A stretch of 63,179 bases of DNA, filler included, from Reticulomyxa filosa (GCA_000512085.1; 13 parts of 13 records of this genome joined end to end with filler, not necessarily neighbours in it), one strand, 5' to 3'; counted from the whole stretch's first letter, positions 27,375-40,351 are shown. The notes: generated from the letters alone by a model not told the origin. Translations and numbers: made by a program.

Positions 27375-27623
27375 TTTGTTGATACAAATTGATGAGGATT
27401 GATTATTTTGTCCAAAAAAAAATTTCCCCTTTAAGCAAAAAAAAAATTAAACAATTACTTTGGACAATATCCTTAAATTAGGTACATCAGCAATAAAAAC
27501 AAAAAGAATTAGTGCCCAATTACTAGAAATTTATTTCATTGCCCAGAGAGGGGGTTTAATGCTCATAACCATCCCGCACGGCAACCTATACCGAAACTGT
27601 AAACAAAGGCTTATACTTCTATA

Positions 27624-29677
27624 ATGTCATTTTCATCACCTCGTTTATCACAGCCTTCAGATGCTTCAAAAATAACAACAACTCGCTCTAAAGACACTTT
27701 GTATGCGCTTGCCGAACAAATGGATTTGGAGCAAACCACACACAGAAAAGTGACGGAAGAGCAACAGTTTACTTTTTGCCCTTGCATCCTTGTTGTTGCA
27801 GTAACTATTTCGATTTCACAATAAAATCTCCTAGAAAAGAACTTGACAAAATCAAGTATCAGTTAGATCAAACAAAAGCAGATCTAGAAACTGAAAAAAA
27901 TTTGCGCAAAAAGCAAGAAAAAGAATCTGAAGAATTGTTGCGTAAAGAGGCAGAACATAAAATAAAGATAGAGTCATATCAGCAACTAGAACAAAAAACA
28001 AACACACTTACCATCAAATTGAAAGAAGAAATACACAAACTATTAGAAGAAAAATACTTAGAGAAAAATAAATTAATGCAAAAAAATGCCGAAATAGATG
28101 CTTTAAATAGTAAAAAAAAAAATCGTGTATTTGGAGTGATTTGTTTGGAGGCTTGTGTCATACAAATTTTGCTATTGTAATGTATTGAATTTAGAAACTA
28201 TTGTCAAATTGGATTTGCAAGTCCATAAATTTAGCGCAGAGCAACAGCAATGCAATCAATCAATGATAATATGTCAAGTTAAGATGAAAGTTTTCCAGTT
28301 TTTCTCGTTACATTTTGTTGTGGTTGTTTTGTTGCAGCTGAATTGCAGCTACTAAAAAAAAATGAGCGTGAACAATCAGTGAAAATTAGTGACCTTTCGC
28401 TGGAACTCAGTCAAAACAAGGCTTTCAATACAAATATATATCTGCGAATGAAAAAATATCTGAACTTGATAAGTTTTGTCCTAGGTTTTTTTATCGGCTT
28501 TCTTTTAAGTAGACCCCTGCGATATATCACGGGTTTTTAATATAGAAAATTTCTAGCTGCCAATGCAGACATCGGCAATTTCAAGCATGACATCTTGTTG
28601 TTGGAAAACGAGAAAATTCGCCTCAGAGACCAACTTATGGATATGTCGGTGAAAAATACATCGTTAACAAACTCACTTCACAACAAAGAAATTGAGCTTG
28701 AGAATTATAAGACAAGAACACAAGTCGAAATAGAAACCATTGAAAAGCAGCTTCATGAGTCCAAAGTGGAAGCACAAGCAGAAAAAGAAGATCTTCAAAA
28801 GCTATTTCGTGAATCGGAAGAAAGCAGGAACACTCAACTTTTTGAGTTGCAATCAAAGCTATTGAAAACCGAAAATGAGCTCGAGGGATTGAAATGTATG
28901 CTCCATTTTTGTTTCTATTTCCTGTTGAAGCATGAGACTATTCAATTCATTAGAAGAGAAAAAAAAGGTTTGGAGGGTGAAATGGTAAAATACGCGAACA
29001 AGTGCGAAGAGTTGGAAAAAAAATTGGATGAAATTGAAGTTGCCAATGCAACCAAGACAAACAAAATTCAAAAAATTAATGCAGAAATGTCAATGAAAAA
29101 TAAAGAATTACAGTTAATTAAAGTAGACAATCTTGAGCTAAGTGGTAAATGCGAAAAGTTACAACGTGAAAAAAATGAACTGTTGAGGAAAGTTGAGGCC
29201 CAAGATTTGGCAAAAGAACAACTGCACAGCCTTGTCCATCAGCTACAAAATTTGACTTCAGAAAACGCGCTATTGAAAAACAAGTTTTTGAAACTAGTCT
29301 CAAAGCCTGATGAATCCACTACATTCACACATCGAAGCAATGAGGTAGTCTTTGTTTACATACAATATCGAATGCTTATTTTTGCCCATTATATTTAAAA
29401 AAAGGGACAACATTCCTGTGACGGGTTGCAAATGTCACTGGACGAATTGCAAAAGTGGAGGAAAAGTTTAAGTGCAGGTGATGGCAAGAAAAAATACTCG
29501 CAACATGACAATGACAAGGGAACAAGACCATTTTGTCATTATTTAGATAAGTGTAGAGGTAATAGTGAATGCACTTCAAAACATCTCAAGCAGGATATTA
29601 CGAGTTGGATTGATCAGCTAACTCTCAATGCAAATGCCCCTTCACATCGCTGTTGTAGCCGTTTGCAACATTTGTGA
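27624..29677 (+). CDS. Long coiled-coil protein, multi-exon
   Basis: Successive E/K/L/Q-rich heptad ORFs on the same strand with short introns; Cys/His-rich tail. Confidence 0.65.
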
Positions 29678-30350
29678 GATATAATTTGTGAAAAAAAATG
29701 AGTTGTTCCTTTTAGTTAAAATATTAAAAACTTGCATAAAAAAGTTTTTCCTTTACACTTATCATTCTGGATTGTAATTGTAGTTTGTGTAATTTTTTTT
29801 ACTTTGTCTAATTAATCCTGCAATGAAAAGCATTTTACTTTTGCAATTCTACGTATATTAAAAATAAAGAATTCTGCGAACAATATAAACATGCTATAAT
29901 ACCAAAGCTACTTATGATAAACAGAATTACGTGTTTAAAATATTTATTACTTATTCATAATTAGTATATATATATTTGCGCCGTGTTAATGTTACCTCAA
30001 TTCACAATACATTGTATAAAAATATTTATGTAATGAACAAATAAAATATTGTAGTTATTTGACCTAATTTTGAATCAATCATTTACTAAAAAAAAAATTA
30101 AAAACAATGGGAAAAAAAGGTCAAATGAACAAGTACATGAAATGGTAACAAATGATGTGAAGAAACAAGTCACCGCCCAAGGACGATGAGCAAGACTTCA
30201 GCACATTTTAAAGTCCACATCATCATAAAACAAAAAACTTTTTTTTTTTACAATAGTGCAAAGTTACATGATTGAAACAATGCCTTTGCCAGAGAGAGAA
30301 AAAAAAAAAGAGAACTGGCGGAGTCACAAAACCTTAGTGTTTAAGACCTT

Positions 30351-30630
30351 TTAACGATCACTAATTGTGGCCTCAGATGGCTGTTGCGGATCACTTAGAG
30401 TTGTCGAAGTGACTTTATGTAAAACAGGTTTTGGATCTGTAACCTCCAACTCGGACGGACTTCGTTGGCTTGGATTATTTAAATCTAGAGGAGGAGCGGA
30501 AATACCCTTCAAATGAAAAGGAACAGAGCAACATAAATGGCAAATTTTGCATATAGTGTTGTATTCAGAATCATATGATCTCGTCATCAAGAGCAAGCAT
30601 AAACAATTTACGACCTTGCGCATTTGTATT
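30351..30630 (-). CDS. Probable last exon of an unidentified gene
   Basis: ORF with S/P/T-rich tail ending in TAA, with intron-like sequence upstream at the contig edge. Confidence 0.35.
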
Positions 30631-30741
30631 CATTAACCAAACACAACAAAGGACAGAAAAATGAAATGGATATATATGTGTATACATGTACATAAATATG
30701 TACATGTATTTGTCATATATTTTTTTTTTTTTTTTTTTTTT

Positions 30742-30841
30742 NNNNNNNNNNNNNNNNNNNNNNNNNNNNNNNNNNNNNNNNNNNNTTAATTAATTAANNN
30801 NNNNNNNNNNNNNNNNNNNNNNNNNNNNNNNNNNNNNNNNN
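30742..30841. other. Artificial contig-joining spacer
   Basis: N44-TTAATTAATTAA-N44. Confidence 0.97.
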
Positions 30842-30869
30842 CGTTTCTAACCGCTTTTTTTAAACTAAA

Positions 30870-31575
30870 CAAATCCTTGGTTTCTTTGAAATCATTGATA
30901 ACATCACCCGTCAAAACTAACAAGGTGAAATATTGAATTTTGTTTCTGACGTTGGAATGCGAAGCAGAGGCGATGGCGATGACTTTGGACAAAATCAATT
31001 AGAAAAGGGTCGGCACATACAACTACACTTGTTTGATCGCCAAAGTGTACACTTGTTCAATTCCATAAATACCATAAACCTCCGAGTTCAATTTGTTGCC
31101 GTTCAATGCAAAGTCATGTGATACTTTTCCATCTGGCATCTTTGCGCTCTATAATTTAAAAAAAATCAAAAAAAAGGGGATGTTAAGGAGAGGTCAAAAT
31201 GATTTTTTTTTCTTCCACTTAACAAATCCACACAGTAAAGTTTTGATCGGAGTCATAGCAAGACAGAATATTGCCAATGGTGCGAATGACTTGTTGGTAT
31301 TGCGAGCCCTGAGGACAAAGATAGTGCAAAATTTGAGGGCGCAAAGGGTGGTCATTGATCCCGTGAAGTCAATACGACCATCAACGACATGTCCACCCCA
31401 CCTACCAAAAAGACCAAAAACGAATGATCCGCTGTCGACTTGAACTCAGTGACTTTCAAAACGATCATCTTCTTGCCTTTTTTTTGTGGGTTCTCCAACT
31501 CACCTTTGAAGTCATTGCCAAGAAGTTTAATTTCTTTTTTACTTTGCCGATCAACTCTTAATTGTCGTTACTGTC
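30870..31575 (-). pseudogene. Copine pseudogene fragment (end of C2B + vWA domain)
   Basis: Manual translation: HSFLVFLVGGVDMSLMV/IDFTGS/LHYLCPQGSQYQQVIRTIGNILSCYDSDQNF..|AKMPDGKVSHDFALNGN...KQV*LYVPTLF*...QYFTLLVLTGDVIND. In-frame stops, frameshifts and an intron remnant. Confidence 0.85.
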
Positions 31576-31789
31576 ACATACTTTTTTTTTTTGAAACACA
31601 CACGCACAAACGCTTCATCAAATATTGACTGGGCAGTGTGTTACGGAGATCATTAAAAAGAAAGTTTGAATTTATTCTTGGTACATATATATACGTATAC
31701 ATTTTATTAAAAAATAATTATAAATATATTTGCTATCCACAAGGTAAATTTCCAAAAATGAGTCCGATTTTCATATGAAATCCTTTGCG

Positions 31790-32900
31790 CAAGCTTTTCT
31801 CCATCAAAGCCAAGGATATCATCGTTCAACTGGACACGATCGCCATCTGTCAAATGGGTCTGTTCTCTTTGCTTCTAATAGAACATATCGCATTTGCTCA
31901 ATTCGCGAATGAACGAGCAGACAAGTCCATGGAGGCCTTACGGTTGTCCAGCTGTTGTTTGCTGGTGAGCTTGCAGCCACGATTCATTGGCCATCTTCTT
32001 CGTCAACTCTTTGTGCGAATAGACGCGCAGTTCTTCATTCAGCTTGTGATTCTTCACGCATTACAAGGTCATTTGCGTCACCACGCTCAATCTGCTCAAG
32101 CCCACACGGATAAACGGAAACAAGTTCGAGCTGTCGTCGTCTCGTTCGTATGACGCCACTTGCTGCGCATTGCAAGGATAGATCATTTGCAATCAATGGT
32201 ACCACTTGCGTGTCGCGAGGGCCTATGTTCAGTCACGTTCCGTGTGCAATCACTTGCGTCAAAACTCTTATTTTCTGCGTCACTATCGATGGGATGTTCT
32301 CCAACGTATCGCCTTCAGCATTGCTGCACCGTACAACCACTTTGCACTGCCACTTGCATATTCTTTGCATCGATGCATAACACACGATTCATTTTAAGTA
32401 AATTTATCATCCTTTTTTTTATTGTGGAAAAGAGACAAACAAAAAAAAAAATAAAAATAAAAACAGTATACGTCATTTTGAAATTTTTTTCTCCAAAGGT
32501 TCAAAAAATTTGAATATTCTTTTGTTTTCCAAAAATATCTTTCCTTTCTCCTTTTTCTCCATTTTTTTGTAAAAATATATACCTTCGGTAGACAAACCGA
32601 TCCCATTTGGAGACAGCATACTTCCGACAGGCCTTATTTTCAATTTGTTGTCGTGACAGTATTGTATGATTGCTTTCAAATTTTGTGTCTCAAAATGATT
32701 ATTTGTTTGACCACGACACGTGTTGGTATAATTCACTATCGACGTTACTTTTCGCAGACCCAATATATCCACTGCTTGTTTGTCTTGCAAACCGTATAAA
32801 TAGGATTGTTGATATAGGCACACATTGTATCCAATCATCGTTGCACTAAAAGCAAGAAAGTTATATAAAAAGCCCGAACGAGTGCATTCATTCACTATCA
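31790..32900 (-). pseudogene. L-galactono-1,4-lactone dehydrogenase-like (FAD-linked aldonolactone oxidoreductase) pseudogene
   Basis: KIRPVGSMLSPNGIGLS; MNRVLCIDAKNMQVAVQSG; TLENIPSIVTQKI..TQVIAHGT*; LFPFIRVGLSRLSVVTQMTL*CV; DDILGFD. Stops, deletions and frameshifts. Confidence 0.8.
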
Positions 32901-32939
32901 CTGTTGTATGTACTGTTGAAGCTCCTTCTTTCGGTTGTG

Positions 32940-33039
32940 NNNNNNNNNNNNNNNNNNNNNNNNNNNNNNNNNNNNNNNNNNNNTTAATTAATTAANNNNN
33001 NNNNNNNNNNNNNNNNNNNNNNNNNNNNNNNNNNNNNNN
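32940..33039. other. Artificial contig-joining spacer
   Basis: N44-TTAATTAATTAA-N44. Confidence 0.97.
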
Positions 33040-33099
33040 GTGCATGTGTATGTGTGCATGTACGTATCACGATGTATTGTTTGAGTGAAAGTAGAAACA

Positions 33100-34031
33100 C
33101 AAACTGTTTGTCCAATGGGCATTTGATTCAATAGGACAATGGGTGGATCAGCCTTTTTCCATTCTTTCACTAAGAAGAATTCTTCTTTTCCAGTCGCCTC
33201 GGTTAAATCTCTGTTGAATTCACGTTCCTTGCTTTCGTTGTCTGCAGCTTGAGAAATAAACATGTCGCAAGCAATCCAATTGGATGACTTGGTCAGAGAG
33301 TATACAATCATTTCATGCAATGGAATCGCCTTTTTTTTTGGTTTTGGGACATGTTCGTTCTTGACATACAGAAAATTGTACACTTGAACCAATTGTCGAT
33401 ACATATATTGCAAAAAAGATTTGCATTGCACTAACGAATGGGTCGCTATATCACCGATCATATATGTACATATACGTATATATTAAATTGTAAAAATATC
33501 AGTGATTGAACAACATTGATTTCAAAAATAGGTAAATAAATGAAAGCACTTCAAACCTCCTCGTGCATATAAATTCAACAAATCCTCCATCCTTTTGACG
33601 TCCACAGATTCGCACTTGTCGTGACGCCAATCATCTCCAGCACGGCCAGTATTTTTCAACTTTCCTTTTTCCAAAGCGTCCAAATATTTCAATACGAACA
33701 TTTCCTTTTCATTTAATTTCAAGTGATTATATTTGACTTTGGATTCAAACCTCGGAGTTACTTTGCGCATTGGGTCAGCGATTTCTGTAAACGAAATGGC
33801 CAGCTCGGTGATGCGATCTCCAAAGAAATGAAAGGATTTGAGGACATCCGACAACCGTTTCCTTTCGTGGCTGTCACACAACTCAGTAGGTAACTCTACA
33901 AAAACGGCGTGATTTTTTCGGAGATGAAACGACGTGCCATTGGACGCTGTCAAATGTCTTAGCACCAGTAGTTGGAACATCACTGTGTTTACATCTGGTC
34001 CTGCTTGAGGAGAGATATTGATGTGAAATAC
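33100..34031 (-). CDS. RNF213 (mysterin)-like AAA+ protein, internal fragment of two exons
   Basis: VFHINIS...VMFQLLVLRHLTASNGTSFHLRKNHAVFVELP and EEFFLVKEWKKADPPIVLLNQ resemble RNF213 segments (IFHLDV...FLFKLLIL...L...G......YIVE; RWE..PHP.VFFN). Confidence 0.7.
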
Positions 34032-34106
34032 CTGCATTTTTTTTAATAGGAAAAAAAAAAAAGTGATTTGAGTGACATATACGTATGTGCGTATACGTAA
34101 TGTTTC

Positions 34107-34206
34107 NNNNNNNNNNNNNNNNNNNNNNNNNNNNNNNNNNNNNNNNNNNNTTAATTAATTAANNNNNNNNNNNNNNNNNNNNNNNNNNNNNNNNNNNNNN
34201 NNNNNN
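34107..34206. other. Artificial contig-joining spacer
   Basis: N44-TTAATTAATTAA-N44. Confidence 0.97.
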
Positions 34207-34610
34207 ATTTTTATGCTTTTCAGGACGAATGTAGATGTTTAAAAGAAACAACTATTTCCTTTTAACAATTTACTTTAGAAAATCGGATGTGTAGAAAGTT
34301 CTATTTTGGAAATAAATGTCCTATGAGCAATAATTGATAAATTCGAAAGAAAGTATTGTGTCCATGTTTTCGTGGAGTGAATGATGTAATCAAACTAAGC
34401 TCATCTTAGTTGAAATAAACTTTTTATTCTTTTACTTCTTTGACAAATGTATTATACTGAGACTTTATGTCAAAATATATTTATCCAAATTATTTTAAAA
34501 TTTTTCTTTCATTTTCAAATTCCTTCATCTGATTCAATAATATTGTCTTTCGTATCAACCAATTGCAACTTTAACAAAATTTGTTTTGGGATATTCAGCA
34601 ATATCATCGA

Positions 34611-35030
34611 ATGTAAATGACTCAGATGTATTATTATATAATATTTACAAACATCTTCCTCATTATCCAATTATTCAAGTACATTGGGAAATAAAATATT
34701 CATTCATGATATCGTACAAATGCACAATTAGTATTGAAAGAAAATAATTTTCAAACAGTATTCCATTTCAAAGATATTTCATTATATCCAAAATTGTATG
34801 AATATGATATTTACAAACTTAAAACGACTGAAGATACAAGAAACAACAATTTGCAAAAGCTGTATCTGTGTGATCTAATCAGAAAAAATTTACTACCAAA
34901 TGGTGAAGAGATAATTAAACAATAAATTAATTATAATGAAAAGGATGAATACGGTGAATTGATATTAAATAATAAAATATTAACAATATTAAATGAATTC
35001 ATAAATAAATGGGATATCCACTTCAACTGT
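34611..35030 (+). pseudogene. Decayed paralog of the CUE-PUB-Ubl-ART gene at 20199-23151
   Basis: DVLLYNIYKHLPHYPIIQVHWEIK...YKCTISIER; PKLYEYDIYKLKTTEDT; KQ*INYNEKDEYGELILNNKILTILNE; MGYPLQL. Colinear with the intact gene, with stops and deletions. Confidence 0.85.
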
Positions 35031-35470
35031 TGATTCGATCTTTCAAAGTAAAATTAAAACAACATCTTTGAGAAGTATCAAAAATTTGTCTTTGGCAATA
35101 TAAGTTGAATAAGATCATGTTAAATTTGAATCTGACAAAAAAAAAGCTTTCCCAGTCAACTCCAAACATTTAACGTCAGCCTACTTTTATGGAGGCAATT
35201 GATAATACGTCATTAATAAATTCCTAAACTTAATTATAATAATTTTCTCTACTAATGCAATAATATTTTTTAATTTCATAAGTCATTTATAAAATCAAAC
35301 ATAAAAAGTCAAAGAGGATTGATTATGATTATATTTCTTAAGTTATTTTTTTTTATTTAAAAAAATCATTTAAAAAACTTGTTGAATGGCAATTTATAAT
35401 ATATAATATAAATAAATCAAATAACAATTTCTATTAGCTCAATGAAAATCATTTTTTTCTGTTTTCATTT

Positions 35471-35570
35471 NNNNNNNNNNNNNNNNNNNNNNNNNNNNNN
35501 NNNNNNNNNNNNNNTTAATTAATTAANNNNNNNNNNNNNNNNNNNNNNNNNNNNNNNNNNNNNNNNNNNN
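35471..35570. other. Artificial contig-joining spacer
   Basis: N44-TTAATTAATTAA-N44. Confidence 0.97.
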
Positions 35571-36019
35571 TTCCATTCGACAATGCTTGAATTGGCGATC
35601 TAATGATTATTTTCTTCATTATTGGACGTATTCTTTGTTGATTTTCTTTATTCCTTTCTTTCATGCGATAATTTTTGAGTACGCCAACCGTCCCTATGGC
35701 TTTACAATTCAAAACTGATTATTCGAATCCTACTCAAACAAACACAAATTGGCAATACACAATTCATTTTTCACAAGGTGCTAGGATAACGCGGCAAATA
35801 CAAAGTATTGATTATCATCTAACACGTTGCCTGTAGTCCATAGTCGAGCAAGCGCCAATTATCTTTGCCAAATTGTCTCCTGGATCGATACACACAAGGA
35901 ACGCGATTCTTGCAGCGATGGAGTTAGAAAATGCAACCAGCTCTCTCTTTAACTATCATCAATGCTAATGTCTCGCGAGTTCAAGTTTCAAATCCCAAAA
36001 TTGCGAATGTGCGCAAGTA

Positions 36020-36305
36020 TACGATTATCGCTTCTTGGTCCAAGTAGGACACGTACCGAATACTATGGTGGGCAACTCAAGCAATGGTTGGTTGGACGAC
36101 AACTTTGAAGAAAAGTATTGGCACTGGAAAACCTGGCAGTGTTCAACGGATTTGTGTACGCATTTGTGAAAAACACTAAAGTAATTGAGCGCTATTACGA
36201 TACGTTAGTTCCACGTGAGGAGTCGTTGCCTGGAGAATGGGAGAAAAAATTGAACGACTTTCAAAAATTGATTGTTGTGAGGACGTTATGTCCTGACAAA
36301 ATGAA
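36020..36305 (+). pseudogene. Dynein heavy chain fragment (between AAA5 and AAA6), decayed
   Basis: DYRFLV...GWLDD/LALENLAVFNGF...RYYDTLVPREESLPGEWEKKLNDFQKLIVVRTLCPDKM. Isolated fragment with a frameshift. Confidence 0.75.
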
Positions 36306-36939
36306 CATTGCTACACTTGCCCAGCATTTTCAATTGGCGCTATACGGTAAGTTAGTCTACGCCAGTGATTGACGAATTTGCGCGTTTCCAGATATCCACT
36401 AAATTGAACCAATCACACGAAACTATTCTCACAATGTGGTGGTTTGCTCAAGCTCATTGTGAATTATTTTTTTTGACAATTCCCGCGCTATGTTCTTCCT
36501 CGTCTTCCACATCTTCTGTTAATCCAGTCGCTGCTACTGTTGTGATGTCATAATATCTATATCGTTTTCACTTTGCGCGATTGATTTGAGAATCTGTCCA
36601 ACTGTTCCTCCATATCTTGATATTTCCAACTACAAAGTCCATTTGTTATCGTTGCCCTTGGCCTTGTCGAATGTAGAGGATTTCCAATGCACCCCACGTC
36701 TGGATTGGCGATCTAAGTGTGGATAGGCATAAGTCTTTCAAATGCTCCTAATTGTCACTGCCAGATATTGCCACTCGTTCATCATTTTCCACTGGAGGGC
36801 GCTATGTGAAGTTAGTCCAATGTAAGCGCGCAAAGTCTCCACTCGAGTGATAGCATTCCAACCAAACTCATTACAATTTTTTAAAACAAATCCAATGCTG
36901 TTGCCTCGTTGTCCTTTTGCTGCTATTGTTGCTGCGCTG

Positions 36940-37245
36940 TTCTTCTCTCTTCTTTTTTTTTTTTCCTTCTTTTTATTTTCATATATTTTTCTTCTTTTTT
37001 TTCTTTTTCTTTTTTTTTACCTTTTATCTTTTTTTTTCTTTTCTCTTTCAATATTTTTTCAATTTTTTTCCATGTCATTTTTTTTATTTTATTTTTCATT
37101 TTCCAATATTTTTTATTTCTCATTTTTTTATTTTTTCCATTTTCTTATTCATCTTTTTTCTATTCATTTTTCCACTTTTTTTCCCATTCCTTTTTCTCCC
37201 TCCCTTTTTCTTTTTTCTCCACCCTTTTTCTTTTTCCCAAATTTT
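36940..37245 (+). repeat. T-rich low-complexity tract
   Basis: Interrupted poly-T; explains the Phe-rich and Lys-rich spurious ORFs. Confidence 0.8.
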
Positions 37246-37681
37246 CCAACCCTCTCAAATAAAAAAATAAAAATAAAACAAAAATATATAAACTTTCCAA
37301 TCTTTTGCCATTGAATCCTATAAACATATTCACAAAAAATAATTTTTTCATTTTTTAAGAAAAAACAAAATACATACCTTGACCTTGGAGCTTAAAACTC
37401 CATTTTCAATCTACCTATTTTTTTTTCTTTGCACATAGAGGGGGGAACAAACTTTTTTTGATGGGGGCATGCCTATTACCACAAACAAAAACAGCTTATA
37501 AAAAAAAAAAAAAATAAAAAGAAACCTTTTCATTTTGTTTTCAATTTGGGGTGGCTTCAACCCCTGTGTTTTTCTTTGGAGGGTTTGTACGTATAATTTT
37601 TTTTTTGATGGACGGGCTGCAGCTGTTATTGAAATCACACAAAGTTAATTATATCAAAAAAAAAAATTTTAACAAACCTTA

Positions 37682-37781
37682 NNNNNNNNNNNNNNNNNNN
37701 NNNNNNNNNNNNNNNNNNNNNNNNNTTAATTAATTAANNNNNNNNNNNNNNNNNNNNNNNNNNNNNNNNNNNNNNNNNNNN
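37682..37781. other. Artificial contig-joining spacer
   Basis: N44-TTAATTAATTAA-N44. Confidence 0.97.
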
Positions 37782-39391
37782 AGCAGACTTGAAATAAAAC
37801 TTCTCAGCCATTACATCTTTGATTCTTTGTCAGTTCTATGTCCACCTTTCAAATTGGTGTAAATATATTTCAACTTGATTCTAAAATCTTCCTCTGATGC
37901 AAGTGCGAAGTGTAGAACAACGATTTAATCATTCAACACAATCCCTTTTTACTGTGTTGGCTGCATATACCCATAAATAAAACGTAATTGTCATTATCAT
38001 TCAATGGCACCTTTTTTTATCCGATTCTAGCTTGTTTCAAGCAACTGGGTTTATATCAATGTCACCACTAGTAACACATTTAAGCGGCCACGTTTTTTTT
38101 AATCTTATTTGATCCAAACAAATATTCACACTTTCTTGCGCTCTATTTATACTGAGTCACAACTGCGCGCATTGCAAAAAATCTTTAGCAATTCATTTTC
38201 CAATTTTTCGTGTATTGTGTGCTACTTGTTTCTTCATTCTGTACATTCACTCACTTGTCACAAGTTCGTCACTGTTTGACTCTTGTAAAAAAAATTACTT
38301 GAAAAGATTTCTTCGTAATCGAGATTATGAACTACAAACACATTCATATCCTTTGCTCCACGCGAGAAAGTCTTAAAATTTACTAAACAAGTCTTTTCTA
38401 ACATTACTCGAAGGGGCCACCCCTAAGTCAAACAAAATTAAGTGAACGAAAACGTCAATTTTCGCTATAATTACTTTAAAAAATATTCATTTGTTAAATT
38501 ACAAAAAATTTATAAAAGTGATCTATTTTACTTTCAATTGTATTTGTTCAATATTTTTGATTATTTTTTGCAGTTTTTTTTTAAAGTGTTTCCAAAGGGA
38601 TTTTTTAAAAAAAACTAGCTATTTGAAGTACTTAATATCGTTGTAAAAAGAAATCAAATTTTGTAATTTCTTGATTAATTTTACAACAAATCAAAATAGG
38701 AAACAGAACGATTATTATTTTTGAGCAGTCCAAACATGCGTTGAGCCCTATTTCACATAATCTGAACTTTTGCACTGCTAGGCATATTTGCATTTTGTGC
38801 GCAATGAATATCTAATTATACATCTCTTAGGCACAAAACATGTTTCATTCATATAAAAATCAATTTTTTTTTAACATTATTGCAAGTGTAGTCGATATTA
38901 GTAATTTTTTATTTTTTAGTGTCTTTTTGATGCTACTTTGGACATTTCTTTGTCTTTTAAGCTTTGTTTTGTTTATTTTTTGATAACAAAACATTGACCA
39001 AATATGATACCTTATTTTTTGTTGATTTTTCTAGTTGTTTTTTTTTAGTGATTCTCTTTCTCATATATAATAGAACGGATGTTTAGTCCAAAATAACTAT
39101 TACATTCTGTAATAGATATGGAAACATGGTCGTACTTTCTTTTTTAGTCAACTTAAGTTTGGATGTGTTGTGTAATGTATTATTGAAGAAAGTAAATATG
39201 CCCATTTCACGAAAATTTCAGTTTGAAGTCGCTCAAAAAAAAAAAACAAAATGGTGAGCACAGATTTGACAAAATTTGTAGGTTCCAATAACAAGCGAAC
39301 GAAGCACCAACAACAAACAAGTAAAACAAAACAACGAATCAAATCGCTGGCTTGAATTACAAAGACGGCGCAAACAAGGGAAAAATTAGAA

Positions 39392-40351
39392 CTAGCCAGT
39401 TGCCGCCATTGCCAAGGCTTTTTCGCTGTCGGCTTTCTCGATGATTTGTTGTGTTTGCTTTTCAATCTCAATTTGTGCTTCGGCGTATCTTTGTTCTCGC
39501 AAAATCGTCAATTCGTTGGCTTGGTTAATACGCGCATCCAAAGCATTGACAGTTTCTCGAGTTTGTTCCAGCCATGCAACCAATTTCGACTTCATCTCTA
39601 TTTTTTTATTTAAAAAAAAAAATTTGTTACGTAACAAAAAAAAAAAAAGGGACACAACATGAAAAAATTAAGTTATGGAACCGAACCAGAAATTTGAGCA
39701 GCGTTAATATCTCTTCCCGAAACGTAGTCAATTTCTAATTGGTTTTTGGATTGATTCAATCTCCCATGAACGAGGCCTTCGTAAATGCAGTTGATGATAA
39801 CGTCTTCCAATTCACGAACCGTGCCAATGTCTAAACGGGTCATGAGATCGTTGTAATTTAATACTTTGCTTGCGCTCTTTTCCGCCAGACTCACCACACT
39901 CAATTGCTTCAATTTAAACAGTTGCTTTTCGTCAAGCTTTGGATATTTGCTTGAATTCGCTTTGTATTGTTCGTATGTACCCGACGCAAACAATTCCAAT
40001 ACATTGTACCACTCCCCTTGCTGTGTGCCCTTTAATGCTTTGGCATGTTCATGCTCCATTATCTCACCAAATGTGTACAGCCCTGGTAATCGCAGCGCTT
40101 GTTGAATGCAACCCCTGTTGTTTATGTTGTTTGTTTTACTTTGCTTTAATTTAATCTGCTTTAATTGTTTTTTTTTGTTGTTATCATGAGCAATGTGCTC
40201 TATTAATCTTTGTAAGTTCTTCAAAAACTATTGCATTTTTGTTGGCCTGTCGTTAACTTAACGCAGCAGCCAACCCTTTTGCTGATTTCAACATAATCAG
40301 GGTTGTTTCAAGGGGGGATGCTGATACCACTTCTTCTTTTTTTTCTGTCAT
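39392..40351 (-). CDS. CSN7: COP9 signalosome subunit 7 (PCI domain), 3 exons
   Basis: MTEKKEE...LKSAKGLAAA|CIQQALRLPGLYTFGEI...VLELFASGTYEQY...KLKQLSVVSLA...VRELEDVIINCIYEGLVHGRLNQ...VSGRDI. Confidence 0.9.

Noticed and set aside
30870-32900. In-frame TAA/TAG at apparent Gln positions, suggesting a reassigned genetic code
   Set aside because: These occur only in regions that also have frameshifts and lost motifs. Intact genes have long stop-free exons and end in TAA, TAG or TGA.
36847-37351. Phe-rich and Lys-rich ORFs
   Set aside because: Translations of a T-rich low-complexity, probably low-quality tract.
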